Source: Pyrinomonadaceae bacterium
GTDB taxonomy: Bacteria > Acidobacteriota > Blastocatellia > Pyrinomonadales > Pyrinomonadaceae
DNA length: 64,000 bases
Direction: 5' to 3'
Assembly (NCBI GenBank): GCA_039916585.1
Contig: JBDSLC010000193.1
Span: forward strand, 20,111-84,110
The notes beneath the pieces are model-generated. The model saw only the letters and a program-made list of their open reading frames with translations, ran no database searches and was not told the DNA's origin. This document shows, in pieces, positions 1 to 10,277 of this stretch (position 1 is the first letter of the stretch; every line of letters begins with the position of its first letter). The position numbers and the translations under genes are program-made.

Positions 1-1
1 T

Positions 2-1030
2 CCGAAGGACGTCTATGCGTTCACTCCGATGGGCAAGGTTATCCAGCTTCCACGGGGTTCGACGCCGATCGATTTTGCCTATGCTATTCACTCGGAGGTG
101 GGAGACAAGTGTACTGGGGCGAAGGTGAACGGACGCATCATCCCCCTTCGGACCGAACTGCAGAACGGTGACGTGGTGGAGATAATGACCACGCCGAATT
201 CTAAGCCGTCACGTGACTGGCTCAATTACGTTATAACGGCGAAGGCGAGAAACCGGGTTAGGCATTTTATCTCTGAACAACAGCGCGTCGAGTCGATCGA
301 TCTAGGTCGAAAGTTACTGGAGAAGGAAGCTGACCGATTTAAGGTTCCGCACAAGAAGTTGATAAACAGCGAGGCTGAAATGCGCCGTATCGCAAATGAG
401 TACGGGCTTGGAAGGCCGGACGACCTCTTGGCGTCGATCGGGTATGGGAAAACATTGCCGCGAAATGTCCTTGCTAAATACCTGGGTGCCGAAAAATTCG
501 CTGAACTCGATCCGGACAAGCGGACTGAAACCAAGATCGAAAGCGGTCTGAAAGCTGTTAAGAAACTGATCGGCCTGGGCGAGGACGCCATAATCGTCAA
601 GGGCGTCGATAACCTCCTAACCGCGCGTGCTCGCTGTTGTAATCCTCTTCGGGGCGAAGACATCGTCGGCTATATCTCACTTGGAAAAGGGATCGTCGTT
701 CACAATAAAAGGTGCAAGAACGTTCGCCAATTGATGGTAAATAGAGATCGCATCGTCGAAGTAGAATGGGCCAAATCCGACAAGGAGGAGATCCAGTCTG
801 TTTCGATTCTCGTTACAACGGAGAATCGAACCGGAATGCTCGCCGGAATAACCAATGCGATCGCTGAAATTAAGACCGGGATTCGTGATGCCAGAGCGAA
901 AGTTTCCCGCGATGATAAGGGATTCATCGAGGTGACAGTCGAGGTATATGACAAAAAACATCTGGACCGGGTGATCACGTCTATAGCGAATGTACCTGGA
1001 GTGATCGCGGTTGAAAGGTCCAATATTTGA
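2..1030 (+). CDS. relA: RelA/SpoT-family (p)ppGpp synthetase/hydrolase, C-terminal part (5' end lies outside the window)
   Basis: The reading frame is open from the window edge. A TGS-domain signature (GKVIQLPRGSTPIDFAYAIHSEVGDKCTGAKVNGRIIPL...GDVVEI) and a C-terminal ACT-like segment (ILVTTENRTGMLAGITNAIAE) are present. Confidence 0.9.
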   Translation, partial: PKDVYAFTPMGKVIQLPRGSTPIDFAYAIHSEVGDKCTGAKVNGRIIPLRTELQNGDVVEIMTTPNSKPSRDWLNYVITAKARNRVRHFISEQQRVESIDLGRKLLEKEADRFKVPHKKLINSEAEMRRIANEYGLGRPDDLLASIGYGKTLPRNVLAKYLGAEKFAELDPDKRTETKIESGLKAVKKLIGLGEDAIIVKGVDNLLTARARCCNPLRGEDIVGYISLGKGIVVHNKRCKNVRQLMVNRDRIVEVEWAKSDKEEIQSVSILVTTENRTGMLAGITNAIAEIKTGIRDARAKVSRDDKGFIEVTVEVYDKKHLDRVITSIANVPGVIAVERSNI

Positions 1031-1109
1031 CCACCTCCTTTGATTTCCTGCCCGTTTTTCGCTAACATTTCCCTTTTGCCTCAGCGTTCGTTTACAGAAC
1101 AGGGAATTG

Positions 1110-1487
1110 ATGAAAGAAATAATATCTACCGATAGAGCTCCTGGGGCAATCGGCCCATATTCGCAGGCGATTAAGGCAGGTGGAATGTTGTTCTGTTCAG
1201 GGCAGATTCCGATCGATCCGGCCACAGGAGAGTTCGTGACCGGTGGCGTTGCAGAACAAACTGAGCAGGTATTCAAGAATCTAATTGCAGTTCTTGAAGC
1301 CGGCGGTACGAGTCTCGATGATGTTGTAAAGACGACCGTATTTCTAGCCGACATGGGGGACTTTGCAATAATGAATGACGTTTACGCGAAGTACTTCGAT
1401 TTGAACAAACCCGCTCGGGCCACTGTGCAGGCTGCGCGTCTTCCGCGCGACGCTAAGGTGGAGATCGATTGTATAGCAGTGGTTTAG
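1110..1487 (+). CDS. ridA: RidA/YjgF-family reactive-intermediate deaminase
   Basis: The ~125-aa product carries typical RidA motifs ([41 protein letters not shown]). The ATG at 1110 sits just inside the TTG-started ORF in the track. Confidence 0.9.
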   Translation: MKEIISTDRAPGAIGPYSQAIKAGGMLFCSGQIPIDPATGEFVTGGVAEQTEQVFKNLIAVLEAGGTSLDDVVKTTVFLADMGDFAIMNDVYAKYFDLNKPARATVQAARLPRDAKVEIDCIAVV

Positions 1488-1550
1488 GGAGTTAAGGCAT
1501 TAAGGCCATTCGCAGTTCATGCTTCAGGCGTGATCTTGAATACAAGAAAA

Positions 1551-1576
1551 GCCAAATGCCGATCTCGGCATTTGGC
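1551..1576. terminator. Hairpin between convergent ridA and rpmB, a putative bidirectional terminator
   Basis: GCCAAATGCCGA-TCT-CGGCATTTGGC is a perfect 11-12 bp stem lying between two convergent stop codons. Confidence 0.55.
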
Positions 1577-1604
1577 AACTGTTTCGAAGACCTGAATCTC
1601 CTAA

Positions 1605-1799
1605 CTACGCGGCTTTGACAACTTTTCCGGACTTGATGCAACGAGTGCAGGCCTTGATCCGGCCATTAGCTCCAGTCGGGAGTTGGACACGAACGGGCTG
1701 CAGATTCGGATTGAACCGGCGTCGCGTCTTGTTGTTAGCGTGTGAAACGTTATTTCCAAATTGCGGCCCTTTGCCGCAGATGTCGCATCGTTTTGCCAT
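1605..1799 (-). CDS. rpmB: 50S ribosomal protein L28
   Basis: The 64-aa product [34 protein letters not shown] is a classic L28 N-terminus. Confidence 0.95.
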   Translation of the reverse strand: MAKRCDICGKGPQFGNNVSHANNKTRRRFNPNLQPVRVQLPTGANGRIKACTRCIKSGKVVKAA

Positions 1800-1853
1800 A
1801 ATAATTGCCTCAAAGTAAAGAGGTGGAGTTTTGAAAACTCAAAAACAGGATTT

Positions 1854-1869
1854 ATAGCAAATTTGCTAT
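1854..1869. promoter_or_regulatory. Perfect 16-bp palindrome in the rpmB / surA-like divergent intergenic region (possible operator)
   Basis: ATAGCAAATTTGCTAT is self-complementary and lies 15 nt upstream of the 1884 start codon. Confidence 0.25.
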
Positions 1870-1883
1870 CACATAGTCAAGTA

Positions 1884-3179
1884 ATGAATAGTATCGATTC
1901 TCTTAGAGGAGTTAATTCCAAAGTGCAGATCTCAAAGAACGTTTCTCTTTTTCTCGTGTTGGCAATGGTTGCCGCATTTGTCGCGGCTTGCGGGGGGCCT
2001 GCCACTGGCGGACCAACCGATTTGAACGCCACTGCCGCCACCGTGAATGGCAAGGCCATTACAATGGAGGAAGTCGAGCGAGCGGTTAAGCAACAGTCAC
2101 AAGGACAGGAAGGCCGTCTTTCTCAGTTAGAATTGGCTGGTGCCCGCTTGCAGGTCCTACAGAGTCTTGTTGAGCAGGAAGTGATGTTCCAGAAGGCGGA
2201 GAAAGAGCAAACTCTTCCGACGGACGATGAAGTCACGGCCGAGTACAATAAGCGCAAGACTGGTTCGGGCCTTTCGCAGGAACAGTGGGACGCGAAGATG
2301 AAGGAAGTCGGCGAAACCGAAGCTTCAGCCAAACTCGCGATCAAGAAAGGCCTTGCGATCCAAAAACTGACCGAAAAGATAACGGGCAAGATCGACGCTC
2401 CAAAAGACAGCGAGATCGAGCAGTTCTACAACGGAAATAAGGCCGGATTCAAAAACAAGCGTGGAGCACAGTTCGGAGCGATCGTAATCGACCCACGGGA
2501 TCTTGGCGAAGGCGACACTACCAAGAATGATCTTGAAGCTCAGGCCAAGGCACGTGATATCGGAGCACGTCTTCTCTCAGGTGCTGACTTTGCGACTGTT
2601 GCTCGTGAGAACAGCGAGGATGCGGATACCAGAATGAAAGGGGGCGACTGGCGCTACTTTTCTGAAGAGGAAATGAAGCAGACCTTTCCTCAGGGATTCG
2701 CAGAAGCTGTAATGCAGCTCAACAGCGGCGACATCGTACGTCAGTTGATTCCCTTCGAAGGCCGTTATTTGATTCTGAAAGTTCAGCGTAAGCAGGAGAA
2801 GGACGAGGACCGAACGCTTGATTCGCCCGGCGTTCGTCAGGAGATCAATGAATATCTCACGAATGCCCGCAAACAGATTCTCGCCGCTTCCTACCAGGCG
2901 ATGGCGATGAACGAAGCTCGGGTCGAGAATAATTTAGCAAAGCGTGTTGTTGAAAACCCGAACGAGTTGAGCGGAGCCCGTCCGGCGCAACCTGATGCTC
3001 CTGCGGCGAATGCTAATACGAGTGTTGCCCCTTCGAATACGGCTGCTTCAAATGCTGCTCCTTCGAATACCGCTCCTTCGAATGCGGCTCCCTCGAAAGC
3101 TAATTCTTCAGCTCCGGTAAATTCGACGCCCGCAAATACGAATCGTCCCTCTGCTAACGCGGCGAACGCGAACCGTTAG
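1884..3179 (+). CDS. SurA/PrsA-like peptidyl-prolyl isomerase lipoprotein (parvulin/PpiC domain) with a low-complexity A/P/S/N tail
   Basis: The internal ATG at 1884 gives a signal peptide plus lipobox (LVLAMVAAFVAACGG). A SurA_N-like helical region is followed by a parvulin-like segment (ADFATVARENSEDADTRMKGGDWRYF...GRYLILKV). Confidence 0.8.
   Translation: MNSIDSLRGVNSKVQISKNVSLFLVLAMVAAFVAACGGPATGGPTDLNATAATVNGKAITMEEVERAVKQQSQGQEGRLSQLELAGARLQVLQSLVEQEVMFQKAEKEQTLPTDDEVTAEYNKRKTGSGLSQEQWDAKMKEVGETEASAKLAIKKGLAIQKLTEKITGKIDAPKDSEIEQFYNGNKAGFKNKRGAQFGAIVIDPRDLGEGDTTKNDLEAQAKARDIGARLLSGADFATVARENSEDADTRMKGGDWRYFSEEEMKQTFPQGFAEAVMQLNSGDIVRQLIPFEGRYLILKVQRKQEKDEDRTLDSPGVRQEINEYLTNARKQILAASYQAMAMNEARVENNLAKRVVENPNELSGARPAQPDAPAANANTSVAPSNTAASNAAPSNTAPSNAAPSKANSSAPVNSTPANTNRPSANAANANR
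3027..3101 (+). repeat. Five imperfect 15-nt in-frame tandem repeats
   Basis: The unit gcYccYtcgaaWRcN is repeated five times and encodes APSNT/AASNA/APSNT/APSNA/APSKA within the SurA-like tail. Confidence 0.8.
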
Positions 3180-3261
3180 TTTGGAGAAATCTTGATTAGC
3201 CGGTTTATTAGGGCGTTCTAGCCTTCAATAAGCCGGTTTTTCATTTAGGTCTAACAGCAAG

Positions 3262-5166
3262 ATGCTTTTTCGCATAGCAGAAGCAACAAAATCATATAGC
3301 GGTACGGAGATTCTTCGTGGCGTCTCGTTCCAGGTGAACCTAGGCGAGAAGGTGGGTCTGGTCGGTCGCAACGGAGCCGGAAAGACAACTGTCTTTCGTC
3401 TGATCACGGGTCAAGAGGCACCGGATACGGGAGACGTCTTCAAATCGAATAACCTGAACTTAGGCTTGCTCGATCAGCACGTAGATTTCGGAGTGACCGA
3501 GACGGTCCACACGGCGGCACTGTCGGCCTTCAAGGAGATACACGACATTGAGGCTCAAATGCGGGCTCTCGAGAAGACGATGGAGACGGACCACTCCGAC
3601 GAGGTCCTGAACCGCTACGCGGAGTTGCAGATCGCGTTCGAGCAGGCTGACGGATTCACTTATGCCGCACGGGCTGAGGCGATCCTTCAGGGCCTGGGAT
3701 TTGCGAAGGATATGTGGGAGCAGAGCACGTCGACCCTCTCTGGCGGTCAGAAGAATCGGCTCGGTATGGCCCGACTCCTCCTGTCAAAAGCCGACGTGCT
3801 TCTCCTCGATGAACCTACTAACCATCTCGACGTGGGAGCGGTCGAATGGTTGGAGAACTTTCTCGCCGAGTATGACGGATCTTATGTGATCATCAGCCAC
3901 GATAGATACTTCCTAGACCGGACGACGAATCGGATCATCGAGATCGAGAACGGAAGAGCTGTTACTTACTCGGGCAACTATTCGGCATTCCTCGTCGAGC
4001 GCGAGCTTCGACGGGAACAACAACAGCGTGAATACGAGAATCAGCAGGCATTCATCAACAAGACTCAGGAGTTTATTCGTCGCAATCTCGAAGGCCAAAA
4101 GACCAAACAGGCGAAATCGCGTCGGACTCTCCTCCAACGGATGGATCGACTCGACGCAGTTGTGGCCGAAAAGCACGGCGGAAGTTTCGGCCTCAAGAAG
4201 GTGGAACGAACCGGAAATAATGTTCTTACTCTCGAAGATCTCTCGATCGGTTACCCTGACAAGGTTCTTGCGCAGGGGGTAAATCTATCTCTTCACCGCG
4301 GCGAGGCCCTTGGGATAATCGGCGGAAATGGAACGGGTAAGACTACGATGCTGAAAACCATTCTTGGGGAGATCGGGGACCTCGGTGGGGATATCCGCTG
4401 GGGCACGAAAGCCAACTTTGGCTACTACGCCCAGAACCTCGAGGAGCTTGAGCCGCGGAATGATGTCATTAACGAGCTCCGCCGGGTCGCCCCGTCGGCG
4501 GACAACGGCGAGCTTCGCTCGTTCCTCGCCCGCTTTCTTTTTTTTGGCGAGGATGTTTTCAAACTCGTCGGCGATCTGTCGGGAGGCGAGAAGGGAAGGC
4601 TGGCGTTGGCAAAACTCATTTATTCGCAAAAGAATGTTCTGATCCTTGACGAGCCTACTAACCACTTGGATATTCCGGCCCGCGAAGCGTTGGAAGCTGC
4701 CTTGAGCGAATATGATGGAACTATTATTACCGTCAGCCACGATCGCTTCTTCCTGGATAAGGTCGCAACGCAGATCCTTGCATTTGCTGATGACGGGATC
4801 GATGTGTTCAACGGTAACTATACCGAGTACCACGACTGGAATCAGGCTAAGCTGCGAACCAATCCTATCAATCGAGCCATCGGGAATTCACAGAATTTAT
4901 CCAACGAGAAGGAACCGAACGTAACTGCACCCCAAAGTGTACGCTCAAAGAATCAGCTAGAACGGATTCAGAAACGAATCGGAGAGATAGAGACTTCCAT
5001 CCACGAACTAGAGACTCGCGTCGGGACTCTCAGTATGGAGTTATCGTCGCCCGTGATCGCGAATGAGTTCGAACGCTCTGCAGTTCTGACCGAACAGATG
5101 AATTCTTTGCAAAGCCAGATCGAAGGCTTGTATTCAGAGTGGGATGTTCTCGCGGACCAACTGTAG
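3262..5166 (+). CDS. ABC-F family ATPase (Uup/YheS/EttA-like; two ABC cassettes plus a C-terminal coiled coil)
   Basis: Two Walker A motifs (GRNGAGKTT, GGNGTGKTT), two ABC signatures (LSGGQKNR, LSGGEKGR) and a basic linker are present, and there is no TM domain. Confidence 0.9.
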   Translation: MLFRIAEATKSYSGTEILRGVSFQVNLGEKVGLVGRNGAGKTTVFRLITGQEAPDTGDVFKSNNLNLGLLDQHVDFGVTETVHTAALSAFKEIHDIEAQMRALEKTMETDHSDEVLNRYAELQIAFEQADGFTYAARAEAILQGLGFAKDMWEQSTSTLSGGQKNRLGMARLLLSKADVLLLDEPTNHLDVGAVEWLENFLAEYDGSYVIISHDRYFLDRTTNRIIEIENGRAVTYSGNYSAFLVERELRREQQQREYENQQAFINKTQEFIRRNLEGQKTKQAKSRRTLLQRMDRLDAVVAEKHGGSFGLKKVERTGNNVLTLEDLSIGYPDKVLAQGVNLSLHRGEALGIIGGNGTGKTTMLKTILGEIGDLGGDIRWGTKANFGYYAQNLEELEPRNDVINELRRVAPSADNGELRSFLARFLFFGEDVFKLVGDLSGGEKGRLALAKLIYSQKNVLILDEPTNHLDIPAREALEAALSEYDGTIITVSHDRFFLDKVATQILAFADDGIDVFNGNYTEYHDWNQAKLRTNPINRAIGNSQNLSNEKEPNVTAPQSVRSKNQLERIQKRIGEIETSIHELETRVGTLSMELSSPVIANEFERSAVLTEQMNSLQSQIEGLYSEWDVLADQL

Positions 5167-5287
5167 GCATTGCTCAGACAAGCGATTTGGCGCCCACGAT
5201 CCTATCAGTTGTGAACTGGCGCGGATTAGAATTCTTTCCAAGTAGGAATCCATTTCAATAATAACGTTCCGTTCAATAAACAGACGC

Positions 5288-6757
5288 CTAAGACTCAAGT
5301 CGGTAGTTCGGAGCCTCTTTGGTGATGATCACATCGTGGACATGAGACTCACGCAAACCGGCGGAGGTTATGCGGACGAAACGTGCTTTTTCGTGGAGTT
5401 CCGCGATATTCTTGCAGCCTGTATAGCCCATACCCGATTTGAGGCCGCCGACCAGTTGGGTAACCATATCCGCAACGGACCCCTTGTACGCAACGCGGCC
5501 TTCGATCCCTTCAGGAACGTACTTCGAGTCTGAGACGGTGCCTTCCTGAGCGTAACGATCGCTCGAGCCTTTCTTCATTGCGCCGATCGAGCCCATACCG
5601 CGATACGATTTGAAGTTTCTGCCTTGAAATAGAATGACCTCGCCCGGGGCTTCGTCAGTGCCGGCAAACAGCGAACCTATCATTACGCTGTCGGCTCCGG
5701 CCGCCATCGCCTTTGCGACGTCTCCAGAAAACTTGACCCCCCCGTCAGCAATGATCGGAACACCGGAACCTTTTGCAGCATTTACCGCTTCCGTGATCGC
5801 CATTATCTGAGGAACACCGGCACCGGTCACAACTCTAGTAGTACAGATCGAGCCTGGGCCGATCCCGATCTTCACCGCATCGACGCCAGCCGATATTAGC
5901 GCCTTCGTCGCATCCGCTGTTGCTACGTTCCCAGCGATCACCTGGAAATCGGGAAACTTACGCTTTACGGCTTTGACAGCTTCAAGGACACGGGAGCTGT
6001 GCCCGTGCGCCGTATCGACCACGATCGCGTCGGCTCGGGATTCTACCAGTGCGGCAGCACGCTCAAGAAAATCACCGGTCGCCCCGATCGCAGCTGCCAC
6101 TCGTAGGCGCCCGAGGTCATCCTTAGCCGCATGCGGAAACTTAATAGCCTTCTGAATATCCTTAACTGTGATGAGGCCTTTGAGATGGCCGTCATCGTCT
6201 ACGACCAGCAGCTTCTCGATGCGATGTTTCTGAAGTTTGATCTTAGCCTCTTTGAGCGTAGTACCGACCGGTACGGTCACCAGTGGCTGGTGCGTCATCA
6301 CTTCCGATACCGGGATGTCGAAACGTGTCTCAAACCGTAGATCGCGATTCGTGATGATCCCGACAAGAAAACCTCCGTCGTTGACGACTGGCACGCCGCT
6401 GATCCGGAATCGTTCCATTATGTCCAACGCCTCCGAGACCAGCCTACCCTCATGAATGGTCACCGGATCTACGATCATTCCAGATTCACTGCGTTTTACC
6501 TTGTCGACCTCTTCGGCTTGTTCATCAATGGAAAAGTTCTTATGAACCACGCCAATCCCACCTTGCTGTGCAAGTGCTATGGCGAGAGCCGCCTCCGTCA
6601 CGGTATCCATAGCCGACGAACACAAGGGAATGTTGAGTTCGATTCCTCGCGAGAATTTTGTTCGCGTATCGACCTCACCGGGCAGGACTTCTGAGAATGC
6701 GGGCACGAGTAGTACGTCGTCAAATGTAAGGCCTTCTTTTACGTCTTCAATATTCAT
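5288..6757 (-). CDS. guaB: IMP dehydrogenase
   Basis: The 489-aa product has a CBS pair inserted in a TIM barrel, the catalytic loop [11 protein letters not shown] and the motif GGIGVVHKN. Confidence 0.97.
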   Translation of the reverse strand: MNIEDVKEGLTFDDVLLVPAFSEVLPGEVDTRTKFSRGIELNIPLCSSAMDTVTEAALAIALAQQGGIGVVHKNFSIDEQAEEVDKVKRSESGMIVDPVTIHEGRLVSEALDIMERFRISGVPVVNDGGFLVGIITNRDLRFETRFDIPVSEVMTHQPLVTVPVGTTLKEAKIKLQKHRIEKLLVVDDDGHLKGLITVKDIQKAIKFPHAAKDDLGRLRVAAAIGATGDFLERAAALVESRADAIVVDTAHGHSSRVLEAVKAVKRKFPDFQVIAGNVATADATKALISAGVDAVKIGIGPGSICTTRVVTGAGVPQIMAITEAVNAAKGSGVPIIADGGVKFSGDVAKAMAAGADSVMIGSLFAGTDEAPGEVILFQGRNFKSYRGMGSIGAMKKGSSDRYAQEGTVSDSKYVPEGIEGRVAYKGSVADMVTQLVGGLKSGMGYTGCKNIAELHEKARFVRITSAGLRESHVHDVIITKEAPNYRLES

Positions 6758-6774
6758 GGCGTTGTTTCGAGATT

Positions 6775-6805
6775 ACAAAAAAGCCCGCAACCGCTGGTGC
6801 AGGCC
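6775..6805 (-). terminator. Rho-independent terminator after rodZ
   Basis: On the minus strand, GCCUGCA-CCAGCGGU-UGCGGGC (7-bp stem including one G-U) is followed by UUUUUU. Confidence 0.55.
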
Positions 6806-6871
6806 TGACCTGTTGATTTGTGACTTTTAAGCTTTCCAATTTCCTATTCTACGGAAGCTGTTTGAGTTCTC

Positions 6872-7867
6872 CTAATTAGGGGTCGGCCTCACGGCGGCAT
6901 TCCGGTTACCCCCGGCGACGATCGGTGTCGGGCTGGGCCTAGGTATATTCGCGGACGCAGGGGATGCTCGCGGTGACGGGGTCGGCGTTGCCGGGCGCGG
7001 CGTCTGACTGTTGGTCGAATTGACGCCAACGGGTGATGGAGTTGGTGTAATCGAAGCCGCCGCCGTCGATTCGAAACTTATCGCTCCGGCATTCCATATT
7101 TGCGAGAGATTCGATGCATTGATCTCGATCTCGATTGGGATGCGTTTTGGATTTGCGGGTAGGAGCGGAAGCGTGATCTGCCTGCCGTTGACCAGCAACT
7201 GAGCGGACTGGGCAAGCGACTTAGAGTAGCTAAGCTTAAGGTTCTCACGCGGCTCAAATATCTGCGGAGCGGATGGCGTCACGGTGTTAACGCTATTCTT
7301 TCCATCGCTCGTCGCGCTTAAACTTATCGGTTGAGTTGTAGTTCTGAACTCGACCTTAATATTCTGCATTGTCGGAACTATTCCGGAACCCGCGGGAACT
7401 TGTGTTTGAGGTGGTTCTGAGACGGCCTGATTGTCGGAAGTTGAATTAGTTGCAACTGGAGGTGAAGGCTGTCTTTGCAGGTAATTCACGAGAAAAAGAA
7501 CTCCACCCGTCATAAGTGCGAGAATAATCCCCGCAAAAATGATCGTAGGTATCGTTGACTGGCTCGTACGGTCGTCGGTTAGAACCTCGGGACGGTAGGA
7601 TCGGAGATGGTCGTCCTCAGTGCCCTCGGCCTGGCTAACAATTTGGTTGTATTCCTGGAGAGCCTGCTGCTCGTCATACCCGATGAACCGCGCGTATGAC
7701 TTTACGAAGCCCTTATTGAAGATTCCACCCGGGAGTGGTTTGTAGTTATCGTTCTCTATGCACTCAATGTACATCGGAGCGATTCGCGTCTGTTCCGCGA
7801 CTTCGCTGATAGAAACGCCTCGCTGTTCACGGGCGGCTCGAAGATTTTCACCGAGAGTTTCAGCCAT
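6872..7867 (-). CDS. rodZ: RodZ-like cytoskeleton protein (N-terminal HTH, one TM segment, Pro/Ser/Thr-rich periplasmic part)
   Basis: The N-terminus LGENLRAAREQRGVSISEVAEQTRIAPMYIECIENDNY...GFVKSYARFIG is the RodZ HTH signature. The TM segment is IIFAGIILALMTGGVLFLV. Confidence 0.8.
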   Translation of the reverse strand: MAETLGENLRAAREQRGVSISEVAEQTRIAPMYIECIENDNYKPLPGGIFNKGFVKSYARFIGYDEQQALQEYNQIVSQAEGTEDDHLRSYRPEVLTDDRTSQSTIPTIIFAGIILALMTGGVLFLVNYLQRQPSPPVATNSTSDNQAVSEPPQTQVPAGSGIVPTMQNIKVEFRTTTQPISLSATSDGKNSVNTVTPSAPQIFEPRENLKLSYSKSLAQSAQLLVNGRQITLPLLPANPKRIPIEIEINASNLSQIWNAGAISFESTAAASITPTPSPVGVNSTNSQTPRPATPTPSPRASPASANIPRPSPTPIVAGGNRNAAVRPTPN

Positions 7868-8073
7868 TTAGGAATGTCGATGTGCGATCAACCTGATCGA
7901 CCAAAAGTTCTTAAACGAACAATATATCGCCCTAAATCGTGCAATGTCAATTGCTTGGCAAATACTCCACCGAACTGCACTGCCTTGATAAGGCGAGTTG
8001 TTACGTGATACGTTAAGGATCGTTCGTCAGGTTTTTGTAGATTTCAATCACTTTCTCTAGAGAGGTTCCCTTA

Positions 8074-8472
8074 ATGAGTTTAGAGGCGCTCGGAATGATC
8101 GAGACCAAAGGATTTGTCGGCGGCGTCGAAGCGGCTGATGCAATGGTGAAAGCTGCCAATGTGCAACTTGTCGGTAAGGAATACATAGGCGCCGGATATA
8201 TGACCATTTTTGTCCGTGGCGATGTCGGAGCGGTAAAGGCCGCAACGGATGCCGGAGCTGCGGCTGCGCGAAGGGTTGGTGAGCTCATCAGTGTGCACGT
8301 CATTCCGCGTCCCCACAACGAGGTCGAGCGAATTCTTCCTAAAGGGGGGAACGTTGGTGTGAGCCCGGACGAGAAGGCCCTTCAAGGCGGGGGACGGGGC
8401 CAACTCGGAGCAGGCGAGGCGGGCAGCGAGACGTCGGGTGACCTGACGGGCAACAAACAAAAAACTCGATAA
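8074..8472 (+). CDS. Bacterial microcompartment shell protein, BMC-H (PduA/EutM-like) with a ~45-aa disordered Gly-rich C-terminal tail
   Basis: [56 protein letters not shown]...VHVIPRPH is the canonical single BMC (Pfam BMC-type) domain, including the edge Lys and the PRPH motif. Confidence 0.93.
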   Translation: MSLEALGMIETKGFVGGVEAADAMVKAANVQLVGKEYIGAGYMTIFVRGDVGAVKAATDAGAAAARRVGELISVHVIPRPHNEVERILPKGGNVGVSPDEKALQGGGRGQLGAGEAGSETSGDLTGNKQKTR

Positions 8473-8485
8473 GGATCAAGATCTC

Positions 8486-8530
8486 AACGGCGGGAGGCGT
8501 GTTTAAGCGCCTTCACGCCGTTATTCTTTT
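8486..8530 (+). terminator. Intra-operon hairpin plus T-tract between BMC-H and the aldehyde dehydrogenase (putative attenuator/partial terminator)
   Basis: AACGGCG..AGGCG-loop-CGCCT..CGCCGTT forms a nested stem at 8486-8522, followed by ATTCTTTT. Confidence 0.45.
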
Positions 8531-8537
8531 AAGGTAG

Positions 8538-10277
8538 ATGGGAGACAAGGATCTGATAGCGCAACAGGAGGCTCGCGATGCCGTGGAGTCGGCTTACCGC
8601 GCTCAACTCCTGCTCGCGAAGTTTGACCAAACAAAGATCGATGCAATATGCGAGGCGATGGCAAAGGCCGCTCTCGCGGACTCCGCGAGACTTGGCCAGC
8701 TTGCCCACGAAGAAACCGGATTCGGTAAGCCTGAAGATAAACGGGAAAAAAATCGATTCGCTGCGGAGGACGTTTGGAAGCATTTCCGAACTCTGAAGAC
8801 GGTCGGTGTCATTTCGGAGACCGACAGCGTGGTCGAGATAGCTTCGCCGAGGGGCGTGGTTGCCGCGATCATTCCGTCGACGAATCCGACCTCAACGGCT
8901 ATTTTCAAGATCATAATCTCGATTAAATCGCGAAACTCGATAGTTCTCTCGCCGCATCCATCGGCGGCCCAATGCATCGCAGAAACTACGCGGATCATGC
9001 GTGATGCAGGGATCGCGAATGGTTTACCCAGCGACGCGATCCATTGCCTGCAGACTTCGAGCATTGAGGGCACCGAATCCCTAATGAAGCACAGGAACAC
9101 GGCAGTGATCCTGGCGACTGGCGGAATTGGCCTTGTGCGAGCGGCATATTCATCTGGTAAGCCGGCATTCGGTGTCGGCCCTGGCAACGTTCCTTCGTAT
9201 ATCGAATCTTCAGCGAATGTTGAGAAGGCCGTTGCGGATATATTGACAGGAACTTGTTTTGATAACGGTACTATCTGTGCCTCGGAGCAAGCGGTCGTGG
9301 TCGACTCGAAGATCGCTGCAGCCGTCCGCGAACAGTTCAAATCACAGGGCGGTCATTTTCTGAATCCGAGTGAGGCAGACGCCGTGGCAACGGTCCTTTT
9401 GACTCCCCAGCGAACGCTGAATGCTGGAATCGTAGGTCGGTCTGCGAGGCACATAGCAGATCTTGCGGGCATTTCGATTCCTGAAGGGACGCGTTGTCTC
9501 CTTGCTGATTGCGGGGGAGTGGGTCGCGATTATCCATGGTCGATCGAAAAGCTATCGCCGACCCTCGCGTTTTTTATCGTCGACGGTATTGATCAGGCGG
9601 CGGCCCGGTGCGACGAGATCCTGCATTTTGGCGGCATGGGCCACACGGCGGGAATGCATACCCAGGATCGTCAAAAGGCGATCGAGTATGGCAAGGCAAT
9701 GCCGGCGTCTCGCGTTGTGATCAATTCGCCGACGACCCATGGTGCGATCGGCTTTTCTACTGACCTTTCTCCATCGATGACGCTTGGTTGTGGATCATGG
9801 GGCGGCAACGTGACCTCGGACAATGTTTCGCCGATCCACCTTATGGACATTAAGCGGGTTGCGTTCGAGACGAAGCCAATTAATCGCGGTACGGATGTCG
9901 CGGTCTCTCCGGCTAAGGTGGCGGCTCAACACGAACCAGCTCGGAAGACGATAAGTCGTGATCAGGTCGCCGCTTTGGTCGATCAATTTCTTTCGACGAA
10001 GGTCGTCAAGGAGGAAATGCCATTGGCCCCGCAGCCGACTCAACCTTTAGTGGTTCAGCGGCCCGTGGAATCACCGGTGAAGACCATCATTCATGAGCTT
10101 CGTCCTCAATCGCTGACCGAGAATGGATTCAGTAAAGAGCCTGTTGATTTTGTGAGCGAGAACGATGTTCGGGATGCCGTTGCCAAAGGACGGAAGATAT
10201 ACATCACGGCTAAGACAATCTTGACGCCCTCGGCTCGTGACCTGGGAGAAGAGAAGGATGTGTTTGCGAAAGTTTAG
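8538..10277 (+). CDS. CoA-acylating aldehyde dehydrogenase (EutE/PduP family) with a ~110-aa C-terminal extension
   Basis: The N-terminal and core regions are typical of EutE/PduP/AdhE-N ([15 protein letters not shown], catalytic Cys in NGTICASEQ). After residue ~470 come an amphipathic helix, a Pro-rich linker and a small terminal module. Confidence 0.9.
   Translation: MGDKDLIAQQEARDAVESAYRAQLLLAKFDQTKIDAICEAMAKAALADSARLGQLAHEETGFGKPEDKREKNRFAAEDVWKHFRTLKTVGVISETDSVVEIASPRGVVAAIIPSTNPTSTAIFKIIISIKSRNSIVLSPHPSAAQCIAETTRIMRDAGIANGLPSDAIHCLQTSSIEGTESLMKHRNTAVILATGGIGLVRAAYSSGKPAFGVGPGNVPSYIESSANVEKAVADILTGTCFDNGTICASEQAVVVDSKIAAAVREQFKSQGGHFLNPSEADAVATVLLTPQRTLNAGIVGRSARHIADLAGISIPEGTRCLLADCGGVGRDYPWSIEKLSPTLAFFIVDGIDQAAARCDEILHFGGMGHTAGMHTQDRQKAIEYGKAMPASRVVINSPTTHGAIGFSTDLSPSMTLGCGSWGGNVTSDNVSPIHLMDIKRVAFETKPINRGTDVAVSPAKVAAQHEPARKTISRDQVAALVDQFLSTKVVKEEMPLAPQPTQPLVVQRPVESPVKTIIHELRPQSLTENGFSKEPVDFVSENDVRDAVAKGRKIYITAKTILTPSARDLGEEKDVFAKV

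Noticed and set aside
8603-9340. A 245-aa ORF antisense to the aldehyde dehydrogenase.
   Set aside because: It is a typical shadow ORF of a GC-rich coding region, and the sense strand carries unambiguous AldDH motifs.
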